Source: Callorhinchus milii (lineage: Eukaryota). Taken from it: a stretch of DNA of 64,000 nt. Made by a program: the position numbers and the translations under genes. The stretch covers positions 79,114,001-79,178,000 of the forward strand of contig NW_024704743.1 in the NCBI RefSeq assembly GCF_018977255.1, given 5' to 3'. Positions 24,661-37,200 of this stretch are shown one piece after another (within the stretch, counting starts at the first letter, position 1; each line of letters begins with the position of its first letter). The notes under the pieces are model-generated. The model searched no databases. It saw nothing but the letters and a program-made list of their open reading frames with translations, and was not told the DNA's origin.

Positions 24661-25007
24661 TATGATAACACCATAATTAGAATGACCAAGGTAATCACAT
24701 ATAATGTAAAATATTACATTACTGAGAAAAGAAGTACCGAGGTTACCACTTCTCTTATCAGTAATCAGGTTACCTTGATCATTTTAACTGTGGGGTTAGG
24801 TGGCAGGCTCGTGAATGGTATAACTGGAGCTTATTTAGGAAGAATTTGAGGTAAACTTGGGGATTTATGACATCTGAGAAAATAAAGTGGACAAATGAAA
24901 GTCGGCAGGGGCTTTTTGGCTGAATGGCAGAATTCTCGTGCACAAGTGGCAAAATCTTTATAAAAGAGCAGCGGTTTAAAATGGCATTGACTTCAATTAG
25001 CCTCGGC

Positions 25008-25256
25008 ATCAGCTTGGCTCAGTTGGTTGCACTCTTGCCTCTGAGTCAGAATGTTGTCGGTTCAAACCCTACCTCAGGACTTTGAACATGTAGTGTAGTC
25101 TGTCACTCCAATACAGTGCAGTGTTGGTGTTAGGTGACTTTCTGCATCATTAGCGTTGCCGTCCTTTGGATGAGATGTTCAATCGAGGTTCCTACTGCCT
25201 ATTCAGGTGAACAATAAAGATCCCATGACACTAATCCAAATGAGAAGGGAGTTTCT
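25008..25256 (+). mobile_element. SacSINE1-like Deu SINE, head and core
   Basis: TCAGCTTGGCTCAGTTGGTTGCACTCTTGCCTCTGAGTCAGAATGTTGTCGGTTCAAACCC…GGATGAGATG…AAAGATCCCATG. Confidence 0.85.
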
Positions 25257-28166
25257 TTAACCTATGAATAATACCTATCCTATATCATTCTTTAACTACT
25301 TTTTAAGACATAACTCGAAAGTCTATTCAGCCGAGTGAACTTGTGTGGTTTTGGAATGGGGTTAGGGGTCCAATGTGGACAATTGTGACAGCAATCTCAT
25401 GGTAAATGCCTCATCAACCGGTTCAGTGATCTAGGGGATGCTAGATAGCAACCTCATGAATGTGATGGTAGCATTGTGTTCTTGTGCAAAGGGGCTGGGC
25501 TTTAAGAAGTTGGAAGAAACCTCATGAGCAGCAATTATATACAAATAGAGGATCAAACTGATTTATGTAGTCGAAATTCCTGACTGTCCAGCACCTTGGG
25601 ACATCCTCCCAACATGAAAGGAATTATACAAATGTAATTTTGTATTGTATGTATAGTAATATGGTTATAGTTTTCTAAGGTACAGCAGTATCTTTGTTGC
25701 TAAAACATTTGCAGACAGGGTGGAGCTGACTTCATGAAGAGTGCCAGTTTTTTAGATGGTTAGTGAAATATTTATTAGGGAGGGAGTGGTAGCATTCTTG
25801 ACAGCAGTGTGGCTAACAGTTAGATTGCTTGTGCTATAACTTGCCCTCTGTAAAGTATAAAGTCCCATCAATTCCTAATGGAGCTTTTAGTTCAATATTT
25901 GTTCATCCTTGGGAAGTTGGAAGAAACATCATGAGCAGCAGCTACAATGCAAGAGTTATTATTATCCAAATAAAGGATCAAACTGAAATGGGGTCCAACA
26001 TATGCTCTTTGGAAGCCGTAGTGAATAATGAGATTTTTAAGCTTGGAGCATAAGTTTTCATTTATATAGAGCCTTTCACATAAAGGTCACACAGAACACA
26101 CTGCAGATAGCAGAGAGAGAATTGCTGCTTCACTGAAGGACACCAGGCAAGTGACAGGGCAACAGCCATTTTACAAATGCTTTCTTGCAAACAGTTGTAA
26201 TCGCTGTTTTATGAATAACATTTGTTAAATCAGCTACATTAAAATGTACAATTTCTAGTAAGAAAAAATGCACACAATTCTTTAAGTTTCTTACAAGACA
26301 TGTAAGTGAAAATTGTATTCAATGTAATTTCTGGAGTAGCATTGCTTTAAATACATGGAATGACTACATAGGAACCTGACAGAGAAATGCAGAGACTGCA
26401 GAACTGATGCCGGGGGACAAGCAGAGCTCAGCCAATCGCAGATCTGACATTGAAGTGAAAGAATTAAAATACAGTACTGTGAAACAGCAACTCGCCTGCA
26501 CTGGCAGAAATGTTGGCATGAATTTTTCTTTAAACATGCAGTTTTAGAATGAATGTACAATATAGATATATGCCTCAGTTTTTTACCCTCCTCCACACAG
26601 GCAAAGCACCCTTCATCCATCTTATCGGACCTGCAAGCAATCTGCTCCTGTTCCTCTATCAATACAAAAATGCAAAGGTTATTAATGTAAAAGAATGGCC
26701 CACGGTGATTCAACTTGATAATTCCCCCTTCCTCACCAAAAAAATAACTGGGCCAAGACTGAAGCATGCCATATGGAGAACTATGTGGTTTTCAATTTTT
26801 CATTGCTAAAGCAGATTAGGATACCACCACCACAACAACAACAGAAACAACTTGCATTTAAATAACACCCTTCACGAAGGGTAGCTTCCCGGAGTGCTTC
26901 ACAATGGCGGAGTCTGACCCCGAGCCAAGGGGAGAGGGAGGGGGATAATAATGAATAATAATGAAATATTTTCATTCCCAAATTCTAAAAATGATACTGT
27001 AGCAAGGGAGCAACTTCCACATCAGTTCTTCAGCAAGTGCTTCGCTTTTTAATAACCTCTTAGGAAAGATTAGAAGGTAGCTATGCTATCATTGACAGCA
27101 TGATGGCTTTTTCAAAGATATACTCTCCTTTTTTTAGTTTACACAAATAAAGCAAAATCGTGGTCAATAGATATTACATACTGATACTTATGTTCTGTGC
27201 TTTCCAACTGCTTTGACTAAACTGAGATTACATAAAAGAAAAGGAATACTTTCAATTTACCAGACCTCGGGAACTCTGGATGAATTCTCTCCCTCTCTCT
27301 CTCTCTCTCGAGGTCTAACTTGCAAATCTAAGTTATCACATCCTCTGGTCATGTGGATGCTTTTTTTCTGGTGGATTCAAACTTCTCAATGTCCTTTGAA
27401 ACTTTAAGCTTTCAAGTTAATCTTTTTGGCAACCATATTGAAGTTAATATATTTTCTGCAGTCCTGTGCTGTTCAATGAATATTTGAACTTTTACTGATT
27501 TTCTTCCCCCCCCATCCCCCACCTTACAATAATGATCTGTACACCCTTGGAGTAGGCAGCATTGTTTGGGATTGAAAGGCGAGATTTTATGAACAATGCA
27601 GCTGAAATAAACCATTTATATTCAGAGGAATGTAGTGTTCTCTGTCTGCTCCTGAGGGCTGACATTCAGTTTGCTTTGCGCTGAAAGCGTAAATCAAAGC
27701 GTACGCAGATGTTTCAATGCTATAATTTTCAGTCCATCATGCATATGGAGACGTTCTGTACACAGCAATTACCTTTATTGTAGCTTAGTCATAGGTTGAA
27801 TCATGATTATCCACTTTAGGGCAGCAACAGCCTTTTGGTAGATCAAAACGGTTCAAGTTAGCTTGGCAAGGAGCAGCCTAGCTAAGGGAAAAGTTCATCG
27901 ACTCTTGAGAAGGGCCCAGCTTGTGTATCCACACTAAAGATTTTAACAAGGTATTTAGGCCTCTTTGTGGGGCAGACAATGTTATGAACAGACGATATGT
28001 TATGACATCTGAATGCTTCAGGATTTATAACAAGAGTAAGGTCAAGAAAATAAAAGTACAACAAACATTCAGCTTCAATGAAAGTAATTTTATTCCAAAC
28101 AGTGAACCAGTTTAAAGAGCAAGCCATCCAAAATCATTCTAAGATTAATAATGTCTAAAAAATACA

Positions 28167-28355
28167 GTTTTTTGTTTTGGTCAGCCGAGTGTCTGACATG
28201 TGCAGAAACCTATCACCATGCTTAGAGTATCCAAACCAGTCTGAGTTTCACATGTGTGTGCCACCTACACTGGAAATTTCCCTGAAGCTGTAATGGAATG
28301 AGCAATCTCTCCAGGGAGAGAGTGTGCATTTCATTCCAGATACAGGGAAATTACC
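28167..28355. mobile_element. Palindromic MITE-like family: left arm, centre and start of right arm
   Basis: Internal inverted repeat AATTTCCCTGAAGCTGTAATGGAATG…CTCTCC / GGAGAG…CATTTCATTCCAGATACAGGGAAATT (28275-28352). Confidence 0.7.
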
Positions 28356-28571
28356 CTACTTACCTAATTCTGGAGAGTATTAGATTCAAGATCGCAAGAG
28401 CCAAGGCTTGGGGACCACAGAGTGTGCTTTGGGGTACTGCTGCAGTTTAATCAGCTAAAACTGTATAGCTTTCCATTGAAAGCACGGTCTGGCAAGCCTT
28501 CTGTTGCTTGGCCTGCTAGGATCATTTGGGTTCTGGCTTGCACAGTTTACATGAGCTGAGTGGAAAGAATA

Positions 28572-29230
28572 CAACAACATCAACTTGCATTTATATAGTG
28601 CCCTTCATGCGGGATAGCGTCTTGGAGCGCTTGACAGTGGCGGAATCTAACGCCGAGCCAGGGGAAGAAAGAGGGGGGAGGTGACCGTAAGCACGATCAA
28701 AAAGAAAGGTCTTTAGGCAGGATTTGAAAGTGGGGAGGGAGGGGGCAAGGTGGAGGGATTACAGGATAAAGTTCCAGAGTTTCAGGGCATAGTGGATGAA
28801 GGCAAGGCCACTGATGGTGGAGCGGAAGACACGAGGGACAAACAGGAGATCGGAGCCAGCCGAGTGTAGGCAGTGGGTGGTGGAGTGGGGGGGTAAGCAG
28901 GTCAGATAGGTAGGGAGGTGCGAGGGCATGAAGAGATTTAAAAATGAGTGAGAAGATTTTGAAATCGATCCGCTCGGTAATTAGGAGCCAGTGGCGCCTG
29001 GCAAGGGCTGGTGGGATGGGGGTCGGAGTTTTGTGTGGGTGAGTATCCGGTGGCGGAGTTTTTAATCAATTGGGTTTTGTACAAGGTGGAGCTGAGAGAC
29101 CAGCGAAGAGGCATTGGTAAGGGTTTTGGCTGCGATGGTTGTGTGTATGGACGGAGGTGGGCAATGTGACAGAGGTGGTGAAAAGCAGTCCTGATCAAGG
29201 AATGGATGTCGGGTCGAAAGGAAAGGATCA
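28572..29230 (-). mobile_element. L2 LINE 3' fragment (second tail type)
   Basis: Minus remnants AFHHLCHIAHLRPY and QLIKNSA; tail reverse complement GACGCTATCCCGCATGAAGGGCACTATATAAATGCAAGTTG. Confidence 0.88.
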
Positions 29231-29664
29231 CTGCTCCTTAGTAGCTGATCTGCCTTTCCAAGTCCTGCCATTGAGCCAGGCTTCCTGGTCTGTCAACAAC
29301 GATGCCTTGGAGCACAACAGACCTGCCTAATTCAGGATTCAGAATGTTTTAAAAAGGCACAAACATTAGCATTGCATAGTATAATCTTATCTATAGACCT
29401 AAACGTTAATAAATCCATGGTGGTTTGGGCATAGATAGAGCACACAGTCCATCCATACCTCCTTTTAGTTTAGTATGCTTGCCATGCACTATTTGTAATG
29501 CTTTTGTCCACATTAGTTTGAAAATTAAATGCAACATTTATCATCTCGAGTTGTTTCCATGTTGAAGAAGTACGCATCTTCCCCTTTTAGTGAAGGAATA
29601 GTGTCAGCAGCAGCTTACACCAACAAACCAAGGCTGTTCAAACAACATATTGGTACCTCTCATC

Positions 29665-29815
29665 TGCAAGATGGTATTTCCAACAATGCTGCACACCTCA
29701 GCACTCTATTGGAGTGTCAGCTTGGACTAGTTGAGTGCAAAGTGCTGACATGGGGCTTAAACCTACAAACTTCTTACACAGGAGGGAATGCTACTAACTG
29801 AGCCAGGATAACACC
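29665..29815 (-). mobile_element. SacSINE1-like head
   Basis: Reverse complement CCTGGCTCAGTTAGTAGCATTCC…GGTTTAAGCCCC…GCTGACACTCCAATAGAGTGCTGAGGTGTGCAGCATTGTTGG. Confidence 0.7.
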
Positions 29816-30069
29816 TTGTGTAATCTCTGTTGCAATTCAAGCATTCCTTACTATTGTTCAGCTGCCTCAGGTATCCAGCTCTGACCTTCATCACCCAGCA
29901 TATCTGGAATGAGGTTTTTAGAGGCTTCTAGAAAGCCAGGATTTCTAGTGAGAGGGGGTGTTGCAAATTGCCCACATGCCTATGCGGTAACAGTAACACA
30001 GGTACTATCATCTATTCAGTGACATCAAATCCATTGGGTTGTGTCATTGAAAACCATCTGTTTAATATC

Positions 30070-30423
30070 GGCCATTCTGTAGCTTAATGGTTAGAGTGCT
30101 CGCCTCGCAAGTGAGAGGACCTGGGTTTGATTCTTGGGCAGGACGAAATGTTAGGCATGTTTCCTTACTCCACACACCAATGTTTACCTAGCAGTAAGTA
30201 GGAATCCGGTTGTTAGTCAATTGATGGATCGCTTTTCCGGGAGTAATAATCCCTTGTAAAAAAAATTGGACATTCAATCCACAACTGTTTGTGGGACACT
30301 GCTTTGCACAATTGGCTGCCGCATTTCGCTCACAAAATATACAGTAAATTCACTTCATATTCACAGTATATTCTGTGAAGCATTTTGAGATGTCTAGAAG
30401 ACGTGATAAGGTGCTATATCAAA
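30070..30423 (+). mobile_element. Older, longer variant of the tRNA-Ala SINE
   Basis: Head CTGTAGCTTAATGGTTAGAGTGCTCGCC; carries about 60 extra internal nt (30180-30242) absent from the young copies. Confidence 0.88.
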
Positions 30424-30425
30424 TA

Positions 30426-30725
30426 CAACGACAACAAAATTGCATTTGTATAGTGCCTTTCATGTCAGAAGGACGTCTCAAGGCTCTGGACAGTCAATGT
30501 TTTGGACATAAGTTGGGGGTCGGGATCAGGGAGGTTGGAGGCCAGTGGAGGAAGGAGGCTAACTGAAGGTATGGTCGAAGAGGAGGATATTGAGATGGGT
30601 CTTGAAGGAGGCAAGGGAGGGGGCAAGGTGGAGGGACTGCAGGATGGAAGGGGGCAGAGTGGCAGAAGGCCCGCCAGCCAAAGGTGGGGCAGACGAGGCG
30701 GGGGCTGTAAAGCAAGCTGGAGGAT
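30426..30725 (-). mobile_element. L2 3' end inserted in the SINE tail
   Basis: Minus translation SLASFKTHLNILLFDHTF; the SINE (ATT)n remainder resumes at about 30731. Confidence 0.85.
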
Positions 30726-33700
30726 AAATAAATAAAAGATTATTATTACTATTATCTGGCTTGATGATGGCCAATAGCAATTAGGAGATGAATGGTTTCT
30801 CTCTGAGTGTCTTGTGGAAGCTTGTAATATTGGTTGTCAAGCCTATAGAGTACAATGTTTCTTCCTTAAAACAAGTTTGTTGACCAGATAGTTTTTAAGA
30901 GGGTATGTAAAAGGGATCTATAAACCTTTAAAAAAACGGCTTGTAGAATGCAGCTCTCTTTCAGGAAATATCTGGTCACTTTCTGTAGGAAATATCTGGT
31001 CACTTATACAATATGTGTGCTGTGTTACCTCCGCAAATGTCATCTCCTTTGGCTGTGCAAAGAGATGTAATGATTTCTAGCATATCACAAATGGGCCTAC
31101 ATCAGTCTATCTTACTCCTCATGTAACTGGCTAGCTTCATATACTGTACCTTTGTTCTTGTTCCATCTGCTTATTAACTCGGTTTTCACTGACTTGAAGT
31201 TTCTGGCAAACCATGGCAATCAAGGCTATTGAAGGTTATACCTTTGACTCCAGTTCATGCCTCATGTCCCACCAATGAATCCTTGCACCCCAAAGTGGCC
31301 ATGCTCTGAACATCCAAGACACTCTTACTGACTGCACAAAACATAGCATATACTAGGTTAATTGCTAACTATTTTTTCTAGGTATCATTCAGTCATTCTA
31401 CCTGCTTCGTGTTCCTTCTGCAACATCAATAAAATGCACTCAAGCAATTTGATCTTGATTTCTACTGGTGCATAATCCTTTAATAGCAATATCTTAACTG
31501 TTGTCTCAATCACTTAGCGCATAATTTCTTTGTTTTTGTTGCATTGTAGTATACATTGAGGTCTTAAACCTTGGCAATTCTTATTTAATAAATCCTGTTT
31601 GAAAATGCCGAGTCCCAGACTCCATTAACTATGTTGAGTATCTCGTGATGGTGGGAAATTGCGCTCTGGGATGCTACTCCTGCGTGAAGGGCCCTATATA
31701 AATGCAAGTTGTTATTGTTGTTGATGAAATTTGAATAGTCTGACTAACTTCCACTTTCATAGCAACTGTTCACTAAGCTGCTGTGATTGGGAAATTGTTC
31801 AGACGATACCATATAATCAGTTAGCTGGCAAAACCACCCTTTTTTTGAAAAATAATCTTTTCATTATATTTTTCCTTCTTGAAAGATATTGCGAAAAAAT
31901 AATATTTCCTTAAACAAATCAATTTAGAGGTTATTAACTCTGCTTTCAATTTAAATGTCAGGAGTTCATGGAAAATCCTTTTGCCATTACGATTTCCTGC
32001 GACTACAGTGTCTTTTCTCCAGACTTGTGGATTGCAAAGGATTTACAAACATAAACATCAAAAGAGTAAAGGTCAACTCCTTCCTCCTCCATCATGTAGA
32101 ATTGGCTTTACTATAGACTCCATCTAAGCACTCAACCTCCTGACGAAAGACTGGCAGGCTCCACAACGTTTCCTCCTGCATTCCCAAAGTCAATAGAATA
32201 GTAGAAAAGCTTTCCAACCCCACGTCCTGCTTCAGTGTTCATTTTAGTGAAAATGCTGCTTTGGTTTTATCGTTAAATAAATGCAGATCTAATATGGTGT
32301 TTCCAGTAATGTGGGTGGAGAGAGCCATCCCCTTTCAGAAGCTTTAGTAGACAGATGCAATTCAAATGCAATTTAATATACCCACCATACAAAAATTTGG
32401 GTGGGGATTAGTTTGGATAATAGGATATTGCTCCTCCATCCTCCATCACAGGAAACAGATGTTCTAGAAGAAATCTCAGAAGATAAAGCGGGAACCATTC
32501 CAGTGGCCTTTTGAGCCAAGATATATCACATTACATATTTACTGGCTAGTGTTAAAGGTCCCAAACCACAACTGACTAAATAAAACTCGCCCGATCCTCC
32601 CATAAACAGTAAGACAAAGATTCATACATTATTTATAAATTTGAAGTGAGGGCCAGTCACAATAACGCTGACAATGGAGTTCTGAATTGCATTTGTTAAT
32701 TTGTATGTGCATTTTATGTACATGTTCAGGGCCACTCTTGTTTGTTTGTGAATTACAAATCACATATAAATATTGATGGCAGAGGTTTAAAAAAAACTCT
32801 TTTCACTGCAATGAATTACTGACAGATTTGCTAATAATTGGGTTGAATGAGTACATTGTAGTTGGGGGTGTTTTTTTGTTGAAAATCTTAAATTCATTTA
32901 TGGCTTGGGAGTTCTTCCTATGACTCATGCTGCCTGTTTAATTCATTCGGCACAAGGATGATGGTAACTAGTGATAAAACATTTCTTTAAAAGGATCGAC
33001 AATAAACAGGAGCAGCAGAACGGAAATGTTAATCAAGGAAACAGATATTTACTTTGGTAACAAGTTTGCTGTGTTAGAAAGGGACCAGACCGGAGTCAAT
33101 GAACATTGACAGTAGTGTAACAATCGTGTGATGTTTGTCTTAAACTAAAGTTTAGATAAATCCATCAGTTCTGTTGATCCTAACTCTGAAAGGTTAGCAT
33201 TTCTGAGAATACTGACTCCAGTAGCCAATCCTAGAAGTGATAATAATCCTTGCATCTGACATAACGCCATACTACTTGGTGGAAAGCTCTCAAATCGCTT
33301 CACAGGATTTTACTGTAAAGGGTAATGAATTAACAGCTTGAATTGTGTCATCACTCTTTAATCAGCTGTGCTTTCCAATTACTTTATTGTTATTGTGAGT
33401 TGTCACATTTACGCTAAGCCTTGAGGGGCCATTTACAGTGGAGCTAAGTTCTACAAAATAATACACACCCTCGCTGAGACCGTTTCAAAAATGGTTTGGC
33501 TCGGTAGAAAGTTAATTCTGATCCAGGTTAGGAACAGAAATGATGACCTACTTGTAAAGTTGGGATGTGGGTTGGAACATAAACCTAGTCTTAAATTGGG
33601 GTTAGGTTTGTTTTAGGGTCAGCAGAAAAAGGCAAAATTGTTATGGAAGTGTAGTCCGTAGTTTTTGAAGAAAAATATGCAGCATGTGGTGTGGTCTTGA

Positions 33701-34089
33701 ATGTTTGGCTGAAACATGGCAAATGCACAACAAATTAGATCAAGCAGTTCAATGCCGGGTCCTTATTATGCACAAAGCCATTCTCAGTGCAGTCCTTCAG
33801 GACAGCGTCCAGGCAAATGTTGGTGTCTATCACACCCATAAGATACTGAACTGGCTCCCAAGGTGACATGTCTAGCAATGGAGTGTTGGAATTGATGAAT
33901 TACCCTGTGTTGCACTATCTGTAGTCCAGTTTCTGAGCCAGATGTGTCCGTAGTATTGCAGAGCACTGCTGATGACAGCACAACCTGCTTGGCTCATCAG
34001 CAGGACTTGGAAGGGCAGAACAATCGCTGGGGGCTGGGATTCCTTCTAAGCTCCTGTTAACCCTGCAAGCCAAAGCTTTAATGGGTAGG

Positions 34090-34404
34090 GTGGTCCTAGG
34101 TGGATAAGCAGCAAGAAAGCTTGCCAGGCAGTGCTCTCAATAGCAACCTGTGTGGTTTAGTTGGTTAGACTCCAGCAGTACCCCAAATTCACACTGTGGG
34201 GTCCCTAAACGTTGGCCTTGCCAACCTGCGCCTAATAACAGGGAGAGAGTGCGCATTCCATTTCCGTGTATAGGTGGGATGCAAGGAATTCTCAGCTTGG
34301 TTTGGATCATTTAAAGCATGGTGATAGGTTTCCCCGTGTGTCAGACACTCGACTAACCAAAAAAACACCACACAAACCCGGACCGCAGTAGAATGGACCT
34401 TTAA
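34090..34404. mobile_element. Composite of a CR1-3'UTR-like segment (minus) and the right arm of the palindromic MITE, ending …GGACCT|TTAA
   Basis: Reverse complement aligns colinearly with 28167-28540. Confidence 0.6.
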
Positions 34405-34959
34405 TTGCCATTCATTGATTTAAATATATATATATAAAACTCTATAAATATATAATTATTGAAGATTTCATCTGATGCGTCCAGGAGTGTTATTGCAAAA
34501 TCTGTACCTATACTTGTAGGTGCTTCCAATTAATTACTAATGCTGTACCATTTTAGACGATTCTCCTTCAGATGTTCTCGCCTATCATACTATCTTGTGC
34601 ACACTTATTGACTCGAGGTACAAATGCAAAGATGGGTGTTGATTTCCGAATGCCTGGTCATGTGTGTTCAGTTTTGGACTGTTTCCTCTTGGATGCACCA
34701 TCTCCATTGCAATAATTTATTTGGGGGGGGGGGGGAGGAAAAAAAATCACCGATCAGATTGGAAATATCAAACAGTGCCCTTTGCAATCTGCAAGAGTTG
34801 CAGCCCATCACCTCCCACACAGCAATGTACCGAGTCCACCAGTGTGTTGGTCAGAACGCTTTTGATCACGTTATTTTCCGTAACAACGCAGGTTGTTGCA
34901 AAGCTCTTTTTTTTATATATATATATATATATACATATATATTTCTCAGCAGTGACTTG

Positions 34960-35471
34960 CAACGCCTGCATTCGGAATAACAGGCAGCGAGCGCTTGTGC
35001 ATTTTTAATTCCAGCCTCTGCTGGTGACACAGATACAATAGCTGTTTGTCAGACATTACAACCCGAGGATGTGCAGTTTCTCAGTGTGTTTTTACAGGGA
35101 TCTGGTTTCCGTCGAGTTGGCTGGATTTCCTGAAATCTGTGCTGTCAGCCACATTTCTGCCCATTGTGTTGTGTGCTGCTCACACGCTGGACTTTCCTTC
35201 CGTTCCTGATTCCCAGCTTTCCAGCACACAGCACAGGGGACGGATATGGAGACAGATCCCAGTCCTCTCCTCTCCATTGCTGCCTCCTCTTCCCCAGCAG
35301 CGCGTTACTAACACAGAGCTTTCATCCAGATCGTCTGCGAGAGGGGGGGGAAAAAAAACACCCCCCACTGAGGATCCATTCCTGCCAGAGGATCCGAGGA
35401 CGAAAGATGGTATAATGGCAATGCATCTCATATGTAAACTTTGGTTTGGAAGAAAAACAGTTGCAGCACTG
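34960..35471 (+). promoter_or_regulatory. Candidate distal ASAP1 promoter and non-coding first exon
   Basis: Locally CpG-enriched, non-repetitive stretch ending in a consensus donor CTG|gtgagt (35471/35472), 725 nt upstream of the acceptor at 36197. The 5' boundary is a guess. Confidence 0.5.
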
Positions 35472-35861
35472 GTGAGTTATCCCAACCACAGGCGTGGTGA
35501 CACAGCAGGGAAAATGTAGCAATGGGTGAATTCCACCTGCCCCCTCCTGTATTTTCCTTAATCGTTGTGACTGTGCACAAGCAGGGCTGGAGGGCTGCTG
35601 AAGCTCGTTTAATTCCTGGCTCGTTCTCGCCTGAATTGCCTTTAATGCTCAGTTGCTGATGCAGACATACATGGCTGTGAGACAGACATTGGCACAGGCT
35701 TCCTTCAGGGGCTTGGCATTTGGAAAACAGATAGTTTTTACAAGATTTCACACAATGTCATTTGTGACATCTCAAACGACGACCAGTAATTTTATTGCAT
35801 GGTGTGTATATTAAGACTGGGGGCTGACACGTAACCAATTTCTATTTAGGAACGTGGCGTT

Positions 35862-35972
35862 TTAATAATAATAATCCTTGCATTTGGTGTAGTGCCTTAT
35901 CACGCCTTCGAGACGTCTCAAACGCTTCACAGAATATACTGTAAAATGAATCGACTGTATATTTTGTGGGCT
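35862..35972 (-). mobile_element. SINE 3' tail
   Basis: (TAA)nCCTTGCATTTGG…CTTCACAGAATATACTGTAAA. Confidence 0.85.
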
Positions 35973-36220
35973 GCGTTAATTCAATATCATCTGGCATAAT
36001 TGTCTGATTCTGCATTAAAAGTGTGTTTACAGTTCTAGGAAGCTTGACCAAAACACTCAAACCTTTTCCTGATTTTAACCCCCTTTCTACGTGTATGAAT
36101 TTAATGGGTGATACGGTATGAAGCTAAGCAGCAATCGAGGTATGTAATAATTTAGGTTTTCATTTTGATCTAATTATGCCCCTTTCATTCATGTAGGTGG
36201 GTTTCGTTGTGAAATAAACC

Positions 36221-36279
36221 ATGAGGTCTTCATCTTCTAGGATCTCAACATTCTCTTCAAGGGATTCATTATGGAACAG
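36221..36279 (+). CDS. ASAP1: ASAP1 first coding exon (59 coding nt; whole exon probably 36197-36279)
   Basis: ATG AGG TCT TCA TCT TCT AGG ATC TCA ACA TTC TCT TCA AGG GAT TCA TTA TGG AAC AG|gtaaac translates MRSSSSRISTFSSRDSLWN(R), matching the vertebrate ASAP1 N-terminus MRSSASRLSSFSSRDSLWNR. Kozak context accATGa; acceptor cctttcattcatgtag| ends at 36196; the phase-2 donor is completed by G48226. Confidence 0.95.
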
Positions 36280-36584
36280 GTAAACTAAGGATTAAACTTT
36301 ATCTTTCAAAACAATTTGTCTTTAAGAACTTATGCACCAATATTCTGATCATGAGCAGATATCATTCCTTTAGTCTCTTGTGAGAGTTGGAAATGCCTGT
36401 CGGTGACAGATCTATGAGGGAGGGAGGGAGGCCTGGGGGTGGGGGAGGGAGTCAATCACAGAGAGAAGGGCGGGAAAGGGCAACTTACACATCTACTAAG
36501 AAATTCTCTTGTCATAGTGAAAGTTGACAGAAGGTTGGCTGAGAGGAGTGGGGGGGGAAGCTGATCGAATAGGTAGGGAGGCGC

Positions 36585-37200
36585 TAGGGCATGCCTCCGT
36601 CCGTACCTCACAACCAACGCAGCTGAAACTTTCGTCCACGCTTTCGTCACTTCCCATCTGGACTATTCCAATGCACTGCTCGCTAATCTCCCCAGCTCCA
36701 CCGTACACAAAATTAAATTAATCCAAAAGTCCGCCGCCCGAATACTCACCCGCCCAAAACTCCATACCCCCATCACACCAGCCATTGCAAGGCCCCACTG
36801 GCTCCCAATTACCGAATGGATTGATTTCAAGATCCTCTCACTCATTTTCAAATCGCTTCATGCCCTCATACCTCCCTACCTATCTGATCTGCTCACCCGA
36901 CACTCCACCACCTGCTGCCTCCGCTTGGCTGGCTCCGACCTCCTGTTTGTTCCTCGTCCCCTCTGCTCTACTGTCGGTAGTCTTCAGCCACTATGCCCAG
37001 AAACTCTGGAACTCTCTCCCTCAATCCCTCTGCCTTGCCCCCTCCCTTCCCACTTTCAAATACCGCTTAAAGACCTTCCTTTTTGATTGTGCTTACGGTC
37101 AACTCCCTCTCGTGCTGGGTGTCATATTCCGCCATTGTCAAGCGTTCTGGGTCCCTACCCCGTGTGAAGGACGCTATATAAATGCAAGTTGTTGTTGTTG
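36585..37200 (+). mobile_element. L2 LINE 3' fragment in ASAP1 intron
   Basis: Remnants FVTSHLDYSNAL, HWLPI and QKLWNSLPQSL…FKYRLKTFLFDCAY, followed by a (TTG)n tail. Confidence 0.92.

Noticed and set aside
30963..31005. 19-bp direct repeat with 24-bp period as a CRISPR-like or regulatory array
   Set aside because: Only two copies in vertebrate DNA; an ordinary slippage duplication.
1..34900. Exons of an upstream gene such as ADCY8 (the upstream neighbour in mammals)
   Set aside because: No recognisable adenylate cyclase or other conserved peptide was seen; short exons could have been missed.
35046..35519. 157-aa ORF in the CpG-enriched region
   Set aside because: Non-ATG start, no recognisable homology, and it crosses a consensus splice donor; better read as 5' UTR or promoter with uORFs.
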